Shown: one piece after another, positions 57,310 through 64,000 of the stretch
How positions within the stretch are numbered: position 1 is the first letter of the stretch
How the letters are laid out: every line of letters starts with the position of its first letter
Assembly (NCBI GenBank): GCA_044227045.1
Contig: JBGAFW010000002.1
Span: 67,457 to 131,456 of the forward strand
Origin: Labilithrix sp.
Lineage (GTDB): Bacteria > Myxococcota_A > Polyangia > Polyangiales > Polyangiaceae
DNA length: 64,000 nucleotides
Direction: 5' to 3'
Position numbers and translations under genes: made by a program
Notes under the pieces: model-generated
Database searches by the model: none
The model's input: the letters and a program-made list of their open reading frames with translations, nothing else
What the model was told of the DNA's origin: nothing

Positions 57310-58911
57310 ATGCCCACCTTCAAGCTCGACGGAAAAGACATCCCCTTCGAAAAAGGGGACTCCATCATCAAGGCCGCGGCACGTCAGGGAATCGAAATCC
57401 CTCACTACTGCTGGCACCCAGGGCTCTCGGCGCCTGCGAACTGTCGCATGTGCCTCGTCGAGATCAAGCCCGCGGCGAACCAGCGCGCGATGATGCTCGA
57501 CATCCTCCAGTGGGATCCGGCGCTCGGCGACTACCGCCCGCAGCAGAAGCCGAAGCTTCAGCCTGCCTGCCAGTACCCCGCGACGGAAGGCCAAGAGGTC
57601 CTCGCCGACACGAGCAAGCACGTCGCCGAGGCGCGCTCCACCGTGCAGGAGCTGCTCCTCCTCAATCACCCGGTGGACTGCCCGATCTGCGACCAGGCCG
57701 GGGAGTGCAAGCTCCAAGACTACTGGCTCGAGCACCAGCACGCGCCGAAGCGCATGCGCGACGAGCCCATTCACAAGCCGAAGGCCGTCGTGTTCGGCCC
57801 CACGATCGTCTACGACGCCGAGCGCTGCGTCATGTGCACGCGCTGCATCCGCTTCATGGAAGAGGTCGCGAAGGATCCCGTCCTTGATATGCGCGAGCGC
57901 GGCAACCTGAACGAGATCTTCGTCGCGCCGGGTCGCCAGCTCGAAGGCCACTACACCTTCATGACCGAGCACGTGTGCCCGGTCGGCGCGCTCACGACGA
58001 AGGATTTCCGCTTCAAGGCGCGCGTGTGGTTCCTCCGCACCGCGAAGAGCATCTGCCAAGGCTGCGCGACGGGCTGCAACGCGCACCTCGACTTCGATCC
58101 GCGCTGGAACAAGGCGTATCGCTACCGCCCGCGCGACAACGAGGCGGTGAACAAGTACTGGATGTGCGACGAGGGCATGCTCTCGTACCGCGCCGCGCAC
58201 GTCGGCCGCGTCACGAACGCGAAGGTGAAGAGCAAGAAGGCGAGCGTCGACAGCGCCCTCGCCGAGATCACGAAGCGTTTCGGTGACACGCCGAAGGACT
58301 CGATCGCGTTCGTCCTCTCCGCGCAGCACTCGCTCGAGGACAACTGGGCGCTCCGCGAGCTCGCGCGTCTCGCCGGCTCGAAGACGATCTACGTCACCGG
58401 CGCAGGCCCCGGCTACAAGGACGACATCCTCATCGACGAGGACAAGAACCCGAACACCGCGGGCGTCGTCGAGCTCGTCCCCACGCTGCGTCCGTTCCCG
58501 CAGCTCATCGAAGACATCCGCCAGGGCAAGGTCGCGCACGTGATCGCGCTCGGCGGCGTCACGCCGCGAAACGACCCCGAGGACGCGACCGCGCTCGGCA
58601 TGGTCAGCGCGCTCGTGACCGTCGCGTCGCACGAAGGCGCGCTCACCGAGGCCGCGCACATCACGCTGCCGGCGACGTCGTGGGCCGAAGCCTCGGGGAC
58701 GTACGTCAACCGCCAGAATCTCCGCCAGCTCTCCGACAAGGCGATCGAGCCGCAAGGCTCGTCGAAGCCCGCGTGGGAGCAGCTCCGCGCGATCGCGATC
58801 GCGCTCGGCCTCGAGCCCACGTGGACGAAGCTGAAGGACGTCCGCTCGAACCTCATGGCCGCGGCGGCAGCGCCGTCGCAACCCACCCTCGAAGCACAGG
58901 TGACGCAATGA
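57310..58911 (+). CDS. nuoG: NADH-quinone oxidoreductase subunit G (short form, 533 aa)
   Basis: 2Fe-2S (CWHPGLSAPANCRMCLVE). 4Fe-4S His/Cys (HPVDCPICDQAGECKLQD, CVMCTRCIRF). Truncated molybdopterin-like domain. Confidence 0.85.
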   Translation: MPTFKLDGKDIPFEKGDSIIKAAARQGIEIPHYCWHPGLSAPANCRMCLVEIKPAANQRAMMLDILQWDPALGDYRPQQKPKLQPACQYPATEGQEVLADTSKHVAEARSTVQELLLLNHPVDCPICDQAGECKLQDYWLEHQHAPKRMRDEPIHKPKAVVFGPTIVYDAERCVMCTRCIRFMEEVAKDPVLDMRERGNLNEIFVAPGRQLEGHYTFMTEHVCPVGALTTKDFRFKARVWFLRTAKSICQGCATGCNAHLDFDPRWNKAYRYRPRDNEAVNKYWMCDEGMLSYRAAHVGRVTNAKVKSKKASVDSALAEITKRFGDTPKDSIAFVLSAQHSLEDNWALRELARLAGSKTIYVTGAGPGYKDDILIDEDKNPNTAGVVELVPTLRPFPQLIEDIRQGKVAHVIALGGVTPRNDPEDATALGMVSALVTVASHEGALTEAAHITLPATSWAEASGTYVNRQNLRQLSDKAIEPQGSSKPAWEQLRAIAIALGLEPTWTKLKDVRSNLMAAAAAPSQPTLEAQVTQ

Positions 58912-60332
58912 GCTTCGGAATGTCGGTCGTCTGGACCGCCGTAAAAATCCTCGTGATGGTCGGCTTCGTCGTGAACATCGGCGCGCTCCTCACGTGGTAC
59001 GACCGTCGCGGCGGCGCGATGATGCAAGATCGCGTCGGCCCGAACCGCGCAGGCTTCAAGCTGTTCGGGATCGAGATCCGGGTCGCCGGTCTCCTCCACA
59101 CCGCTGCCGACGGCCTCAAGTTCTTCACCAAGAAGGACTTCATGCCGCCGAAGGCAGACAAGCTCCTCTTCAGCCTCGCGCCGATGCTCGCGCTGGCGCC
59201 CGTCATCGCGCTCACAGCGGTCATTCCGTTTGGCGATGTCATCAGCCCCGAGTCGATCGTGCGCACGGTCTGCAAGAACGGCGCGCAGTACGCCGCGATG
59301 ACGAACGGCGCCTGCCCGCAAGGCTTCTCGCCCGAGACGGTGTGGCCGGCGGTCTCTCGCTACGGCCTCGCGAGCGCCGGCGGCTCCATCCCGCTCCAGA
59401 TCGCGCCGCTCAACGTCGGCATCCTCTACGTCTTCGCGATGGCCGGTCAGGGCATCGTAGGCGCCGCGATCGCAGGCTGGTCGAGCGACAACAAGTTCTC
59501 GCTCATGGGCGCCCTTCGCGCCGCGAGCCAGATGGTCAGCTACGAGGTCACGATGGGCCTCACGCTCATCGGCGCGATGATGATCTACGGCTCGGTTCGC
59601 CTCGAGGACATGGTGATGTGGCAGGGCGAGAACACGTGGGGCATCTACGTGCAGCCCGTCGCGTTCTTCTTGTTCTTCGCGTCCGCGATCGCCGAGACGA
59701 AGCGCATCCCGTTCGACCTCCCCGAGGCCGAGAGCGAGCTCGTCAGCGGGTACTTCACCGAGTACTCCGGCATGAAGTTCGGAATGTTCTACTTCGCCGA
59801 GTACATGGAAGTGGCGACGAGCTCGATGCTCCTCGTCACGATCTTCCTTGGCGGTTGGAACATGCCGTTCCTCCACCGTGACGGCCTCACGATCGCGTTC
59901 GGCGAGTCCGTGCTCCTCCACACGCGCCTGCCGCACATCTGGGTGACGATCATCGGCGTCCTCTCGTTCTTCGGGAAGACGATCCTCATCTGCTGGCTGC
60001 AAGCGTTCGTTCGCTGGAGCCTCCCGCGATTCCGCTACGACCAGCTCATGAAGCTCGGCTGGACCGTCCTCCTGCCGGCCTCGCTCGCGAACATCTTCGC
60101 GACGGGCATCGTGTGGCTGGCGCTCCAGTCTGCGGGCGACTCGACGGCGAACGGCCTCAAGGTCGCAGCCGACGTCACGCAAGGCATCACCGCCGCGACC
60201 CTCACGGGCCTCATCATCTGGGCGGTCATCGGCTTCGCACGAACACCTCCACACAACGAGTCGATCGTCGGCTCGAGCGCGAAGCTCGCGGCCGCAGCCG
60301 GCGGCACCAAAGAAGCGCCGATCACGGCGTAG
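58908..60332 (+). CDS. nuoH: NADH-quinone oxidoreductase subunit H, with insertions and a C-terminal extension (474 aa)
   Basis: VGPNRAG, GWSSDNKFSLMGALRAASQMVSYEV, IPFDLPEAESELVSGYFTEYSGMKFG, LPRFRYDQLMKLGW. The ATG overlaps the nuoG stop (ATGA). Confidence 0.9.
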   Translation: MSFGMSVVWTAVKILVMVGFVVNIGALLTWYDRRGGAMMQDRVGPNRAGFKLFGIEIRVAGLLHTAADGLKFFTKKDFMPPKADKLLFSLAPMLALAPVIALTAVIPFGDVISPESIVRTVCKNGAQYAAMTNGACPQGFSPETVWPAVSRYGLASAGGSIPLQIAPLNVGILYVFAMAGQGIVGAAIAGWSSDNKFSLMGALRAASQMVSYEVTMGLTLIGAMMIYGSVRLEDMVMWQGENTWGIYVQPVAFFLFFASAIAETKRIPFDLPEAESELVSGYFTEYSGMKFGMFYFAEYMEVATSSMLLVTIFLGGWNMPFLHRDGLTIAFGESVLLHTRLPHIWVTIIGVLSFFGKTILICWLQAFVRWSLPRFRYDQLMKLGWTVLLPASLANIFATGIVWLALQSAGDSTANGLKVAADVTQGITAATLTGLIIWAVIGFARTPPHNESIVGSSAKLAAAAGGTKEAPITA

Positions 60333-60357
60333 CCTTCGTAGGCTCAGAAGACAGGCG

Positions 60358-61398
60358 TCAGAAGACGTCAGTCTTGTCGTTCCGCGCGTTCGCGGTCCGC
60401 GGCGCATCCATCGCGACGCGGATCTCGCGAACCTGCTCGGGCGTGACCTCGACGGTGAGGCTCTTGCGCGCGCCGTTCGGCGCCGTGAGGACGAGCACGT
60501 GCCGTCCAGCGATGACCGGTCGATGGAAGACATGGCCGGGGCCGATCGGGACGCCGTTGTCGAAGATGGCGTCGCATTTCGGCAGGCACACCACCGTGAG
60601 CGCTCCCATGCGATTCGGCGCGGCCAGCGGCGCGCCGCTCATGTTCGCGCTCGCGTTCGGGTCGTCCTCGTCGGTGGGCGGAGCGACCATCGCAGGTCGT
60701 CGTCGACGGATCGCGGCGGTCGTGGTCGGCGGCGGGGAGGGGTGCGTGTCCGCCAGCGAGGCGCCGATCACGACGCCGTGCGGTGAGGGAGCCGACGGTT
60801 CGTTGTCGATCGACGCCGTCGCCGCGGGCGTGACGACCGGCAGGGCCGGCGCAGGCGTCGTGAACGGGATCGTCGAGGCATGCTCCGCCGGCGCAAAGGC
60901 GAGCTGATCGATCCCGAGGATCGTCGCCCCAAGGAGCGTCGCGGCGGCGGCACCTGCGAGCGCGACCTTCCACGCCTCGCGGCGTTCGAGCCGATGAAGG
61001 ACGCCCGTTGTCAGCGCGGTCGACTCCTGCCGCTTCACGCGCCGCTCGTCTCCGTCACCGGTGCGTTGAAGCTCTGCGAGGCGTGCGGCGATGGCTTGCT
61101 CCTCGGCCTTCGCCGCCTCGAGGTCGGCGCGCGCGCGGGCGATCGCAGCGCGAAGCGCGTCCGCACGTCGAGCGAGCGCATCGAGCTCGGCGTTGACGTG
61201 CTGACCGGAGGCTGCGGTGGTTGCGGAGGCTGCGGCGCTTGCGGAGGTTGCGGCGGCTGCGGTGCCTGCGGGGGCTGCGGCGCTTGTTGCGGCTGGGGCT
61301 GCGGCGCTTGTTGCGGCTGCGGTGCCTGCGGGGGCTGTGGTGTTTGTTGGGGCGAACGTGGTCTCGAGCTCGTGTTGCCGCCCGTCGTCGCTGCTCAT
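60358..61398 (-). CDS. PEGA-domain protein with Ala/Thr-rich repeats, a coiled-coil and a TM segment; antisense between nuoH and nuoI (start could be 61497)
   Basis: C-terminal PEGA ([43 protein letters not shown]). TM segment ([18 protein letters not shown]). Contains the 60-bp tandem DNA repeat. Confidence 0.55.
   Translation of the reverse strand: MSSDDGRQHELETTFAPTNTTAPAGTAAATSAAAPAATSAAAPAGTAAAATSASAAASATTAASGQHVNAELDALARRADALRAAIARARADLEAAKAEEQAIAARLAELQRTGDGDERRVKRQESTALTTGVLHRLERREAWKVALAGAAAATLLGATILGIDQLAFAPAEHASTIPFTTPAPALPVVTPAATASIDNEPSAPSPHGVVIGASLADTHPSPPPTTTAAIRRRRPAMVAPPTDEDDPNASANMSGAPLAAPNRMGALTVVCLPKCDAIFDNGVPIGPGHVFHRPVIAGRHVLVLTAPNGARKSLTVEVTPEQVREIRVAMDAPRTANARNDKTDVF
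61207..61350. repeat. Imperfect tandem repeat of about 60 bp (2 copies) with nested GCGGCTGCGG-type 9-12 bp sub-repeats, inside the PEGA gene
   Basis: GGCTGCGGTGCCTGCGGGGGCTG recurs at 61255 and 61315. It encodes the [15 protein letters not shown] low-complexity segment. Confidence 0.5.
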
Positions 61399-61527
61399 GA
61401 GGTCATCGTATCCGTTCCTCGTTCGCGGGCGAGCGGCCACCTCGGCCGCGAAAAGCCCGCCCGCTGGCCGTGCCCGCGATCCATTGTGGAATTCCACGTG
61501 ATTTCTGGGTATGGTCGCCCCAAACCG

Positions 61528-62187
61528 ATGCCGCGAGCCTTTCCAAAGAAGCCTGCCTCACCGACCAACGCGAAGGTGGTCGAGTACGTCGAGAAGACCG
61601 CGACCGTGCAGTCTTACCTCCCGGAGATCTTCAAAGGTCTCGGCACGACGATGCGCCACTTCTTCAAGAACACGCGCGACATGGTTCGAGGCATCCGCCC
61701 CGACCCGGTGACGGAGCGATGGGAAGACGGCGTCACGACGATCAGCTACCCGGAGCAGAAGCGACCCTACCCAGAGCGCTTCCGCGGCGTTCACCGCCTC
61801 ACGCTTCGCGAAGACAACAGCCCGCGTTGCGTCGCGTGCCTCTGCTGCTCCACGGCATGCCCCGCGCAGTGCATCTTCATCGAGGCGGGCGAGTACCCCG
61901 AAGGCGACAAGCGTCGCGGCTACGAGCGCTTCCCGGTGAAGTTCGTCATCGACGAGCTGCGCTGCATCTTCTGCGGCTTCTGCGTGGAGGCGTGCCCGTG
62001 CGATGCCATCCGTATGGACACGGGCATCCACGCCGTGCCGTACGACTCGCGCGACCAGTTCATCTACGGCAAAGACATCCTCACCGGCATGACCGCGCGC
62101 GACGGCTCGAAGGAGACCGCGAATCCGCGTCACGAGCCGGGCGATCCGACGCACCCTGGTCTCACGCGCGACCATATCCATCACTGA
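61528..62187 (+). CDS. nuoI: NADH-quinone oxidoreductase subunit I (2x[4Fe-4S])
   Basis: [12 protein letters not shown] and [12 protein letters not shown]. Internal ATG (MPRAFPKKP); the upstream part of track ORF 60880 is antisense to the PEGA gene. Confidence 0.9.
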   Translation: MPRAFPKKPASPTNAKVVEYVEKTATVQSYLPEIFKGLGTTMRHFFKNTRDMVRGIRPDPVTERWEDGVTTISYPEQKRPYPERFRGVHRLTLREDNSPRCVACLCCSTACPAQCIFIEAGEYPEGDKRRGYERFPVKFVIDELRCIFCGFCVEACPCDAIRMDTGIHAVPYDSRDQFIYGKDILTGMTARDGSKETANPRHEPGDPTHPGLTRDHIHH

Positions 62188-62223
62188 CTTGCGCTTTGGC
62201 CCGAGTCGCGCTGCGATCGGGTC

Positions 62224-62937
62224 ATGACGAGCGCCGATCTCACGGGACGTATTGGCGGCTACAAGGGCGTGGCGATCCGTTGTCCGGGTTGCGGCGAGCC
62301 GATGCGCCAACACAACCTCGAGGAGGCGAAGGCGGAGGTCGACGTCTGCGACGCGTGCGGCGGCATGTGGGTCGACTGGTTCGACGGCGAGGTCCGCGTG
62401 ATCGCGACGGAGACCTTGCGCACGAGCGATCCCGGCCCAGCGCCTGCAGCAGCCACCACAGCCACCACGGCCACGACCACGACCACGACCACGACCACCG
62501 TCGCCGCGCCTTCGTCGAAGGACGAAGGCCGCCCGTCCCGCAACGAGGCCGTCGCGATCGGCGCGTGTCCACGCTGTCATGCGCGCCAGCTCGTCGCGGA
62601 GCGCTACGAGGTGAAAGCGGAGGTCGCGAGCGCCCGCATCGAAGACCGGACTTCGATCGTCGCAGGAAAGACGGGCGCCGAGCTCCTCCGATGCGAGGAC
62701 TGCATGGGCTCGTTCGTCTCGCGATCGAGCGCGGAGGTCCTCTCGTGGCTCTCGTCGCACCATGACGAGCCGCCGCCGCAAAGCCAGGCGCGCCCCGACG
62801 CGACGAAGGCGCTCAAGCCCGTACCGTGGGATCGCTTCGTGGCCCTCATGAAAGGCCTGCTAGGCCTTCGCAAAGAGGGCGCAGCGAAGGCTGAAGCGAA
62901 GCCCGAAGCGAAGAAGCCCGCAGCCAAGCCAACGTGA
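62224..62937 (+). CDS. Double zinc-ribbon (zf-TFIIB-like) protein with a poly-Thr run and a Lys/Ala/Pro tail
   Basis: CPGCGEPM...CDACGGMWVDWFD and CPRCHARQL...CEDCMGSFV. The run TTATTATTTTTTTTT comes from (ACS)n at about 62452-62500. Confidence 0.6.
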   Translation: MTSADLTGRIGGYKGVAIRCPGCGEPMRQHNLEEAKAEVDVCDACGGMWVDWFDGEVRVIATETLRTSDPGPAPAAATTATTATTTTTTTTTVAAPSSKDEGRPSRNEAVAIGACPRCHARQLVAERYEVKAEVASARIEDRTSIVAGKTGAELLRCEDCMGSFVSRSSAEVLSWLSSHHDEPPPQSQARPDATKALKPVPWDRFVALMKGLLGLRKEGAAKAEAKPEAKKPAAKPT

Positions 62938-63093
62938 CCCGCACTCAACGTGACCCGCACCGCGATGCCCGAAGCGAAGCCAACGTGACCCGCACTGCGA
63001 TGCCCGAAGCGAAGCCAACGTGACCCGCACCGCGATGCCCGAAGCGAAGCCAACGTGACCCGCACCGCGATGCCCGAAGCGAAGCCAACGTGC
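62927..63093. repeat. Perfect 35-bp tandem repeat, about 4.5 copies (GATGCCCGAAGCGAAGCCAACGTGACCCGCACYGC)
   Basis: The period of 35 was verified at 62964, 62999, 63034 and 63069. Each unit carries ATGCCCGAAGCGAAGCCAACGTGA (M-P-E-A-K-P-T-stop). The last unit has TGA changed to TGC and reads through into the VOC gene. Confidence 0.85.
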
Positions 63094-63096
63094 GCG

Positions 63097-63498
63097 ATGC
63101 ACGTCGTCCTCTACGTCCGCGACCAAGCGGCGAGCCGCGACTTCTATGCGGCGGTGCTCGAACGAACGCCGCGCCTCGACGTGCCAGGAATGACGGAGAT
63201 CGAGATCGCGCCAGGAGCCGTCCTCGCGCTGATGCCAGAGTCTGGCATCACACGTCTACTCGGAGGTGCGATCGACCCATCGAAGCTCGAGGCGCCAGGC
63301 CGCGCCGAGCTCTATCTCCTCGTCGACGACCCGCAGTCGCATCACGCGAGGGCGCTCGCGTATGGCGCACGTGAGCTATCGCCGTTCGAAGCGCGCGACT
63401 GGGGCCATAACGCGGCCTACAGCCTCGACGCCGACGGGTACGTCCTCGCGTTCGCAGAGCCGCGCGCTCAATCGAAGGGGTTGTCAGGAATGCGGTAG
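63097..63498 (+). CDS. VOC-family (glyoxalase/bleomycin-resistance fold) protein
   Basis: MHVVLYVRDQAASRDFYAAVL...EIEIAPGAVLALM...YVLAFAE. Alternative upstream starts inside the repeat array (ATG at 63055 or 63076) are in frame. Confidence 0.65.
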   Translation: MHVVLYVRDQAASRDFYAAVLERTPRLDVPGMTEIEIAPGAVLALMPESGITRLLGGAIDPSKLEAPGRAELYLLVDDPQSHHARALAYGARELSPFEARDWGHNAAYSLDADGYVLAFAEPRAQSKGLSGMR

Positions 63499-63983
63499 AG
63501 CATCGGCGGCACGAAGTGCTTGTCCGGCCGAAGGACCGCGCGTCGAAACACGTACACGATCCCGTAGCTCCGCTCGAAGTGCCTGAGCAGCTCGTCGTCG
63601 GTGCGAAGGAGCCTGGTGAACACCCCCGCCACGACGCCCTGCTCGAACACGACGCGAAACGCACGCTCGAACGCCTTCAGCCCCATCCGTGTAAACTGCA
63701 CGTAAACGCGCCGCCGGTCCCAGTCGTCGCCGAAACGCCGCACGAACCCAAGCTCCGCGAGCCGCCTCGCCATCTTCGAAATCGTCGAAGGATGAAGCCC
63801 CAAGTGCTTCCGCAGCTGCCGCAGCGTGCACTGCTTCCCTTCGAGCGAAATGGCGTAGAGAAAATCGAACCGCGCCGGCGTCATCTCATCGACGAGCACC
63901 TGAAGCGCGTGCCGAATCCTCCGGCTCCCTAAACGCGCCTCCACGGCGTCGTCCCGAAAGACCTTCCGCCCAAGAGCGACCAT
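63468..63983 (-). CDS. MarR-family transcriptional regulator
   Basis: Winged HTH (LEGKQCTLRQLRKHLGLHPSTISKMARRLAELGFVRR). Confidence 0.8.
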   Translation of the reverse strand: MVALGRKVFRDDAVEARLGSRRIRHALQVLVDEMTPARFDFLYAISLEGKQCTLRQLRKHLGLHPSTISKMARRLAELGFVRRFGDDWDRRRVYVQFTRMGLKAFERAFRVVFEQGVVAGVFTRLLRTDDELLRHFERSYGIVYVFRRAVLRPDKHFVPPMLYRIPDNPFD

Positions 63984-64000
63984 GGCGAGGTGACAGTGCT

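Noticed and set aside
62927-63093. The 35-bp repeat array as a possible CRISPR array.
   Set aside because: The units are directly adjacent with no spacers, and no cas genes are present. It is a simple tandem repeat (VNTR).
1-64000. tRNA, rRNA, riboswitch and transposase scan.
   Set aside because: No tRNA-like T-arm (GGTTCGAATCC/GTTCGAGTC) or acceptor motifs were seen in any intergenic region. No rRNA-like stretches and no transposase or IS terminal inverted repeats were recognised.

Overview
The window is about 70% GC and gene-dense, with signatures typical of Myxococcota. These are a MYXO-CTERM-like sorting tail, PEGA and FHA domains, three eukaryotic-like Ser/Thr kinases, an FHA-sigma54 enhancer-binding protein, and many TPR proteins and lipoproteins. 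No BLAST or HMM search was possible. All calls rest on motifs read from the supplied ORF translations, codon-usage plausibility (GC3), start-codon context and gene order.

Recognisable core genes:
- rluB, pepP, xerC/D-type recombinase, hisZ-purA, def, HAD phosphatase, MATE exporter, MarR regulator, VOC/glyoxalase, cytochrome P450.
- A split NADH dehydrogenase cluster: nuoA-B-C-D, then the P450 and about 6 kb of unrelated genes, then nuoG-H, an antisense PEGA-domain gene, then nuoI. nuoE and nuoF are absent from the window.

Accessory or novel-looking content:
1. A minus-strand operon of two tandem Cys-rich secreted paralogs, a membrane Ser/Thr kinase and an FHA-sigma54 activator.
2. Two further kinase modules, each followed (with ATGA stop/start overlap) by a paralogous signal-TPR-beta-domain-TM protein; one is followed by a lipoprotein.
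3. A twin-arginine DUF1501 protein co-operonic with a CxxCH-motif secreted protein.
4. An ECF sigma/anti-sigma pair, followed by an array of palindromic TTTCTGGGCGCCCAGGAA repeats.
5. An intergenic repeat family of about 105 bp at two loci (35.7 kb and 51.5 kb). It has two hairpins, each with a GGAG loop, and a compensatory stem substitution between the loci.
6. A perfect 35-bp tandem repeat (about 4.5 copies). It re-copies the last 7 codons plus stop of a zinc-ribbon gene, and its final copy reads through into the next gene.

No tRNA, rRNA, CRISPR array or transposase was found. Most of the other overlapping ORFs in the track are Arg-rich alternate-frame artefacts of the high GC content.
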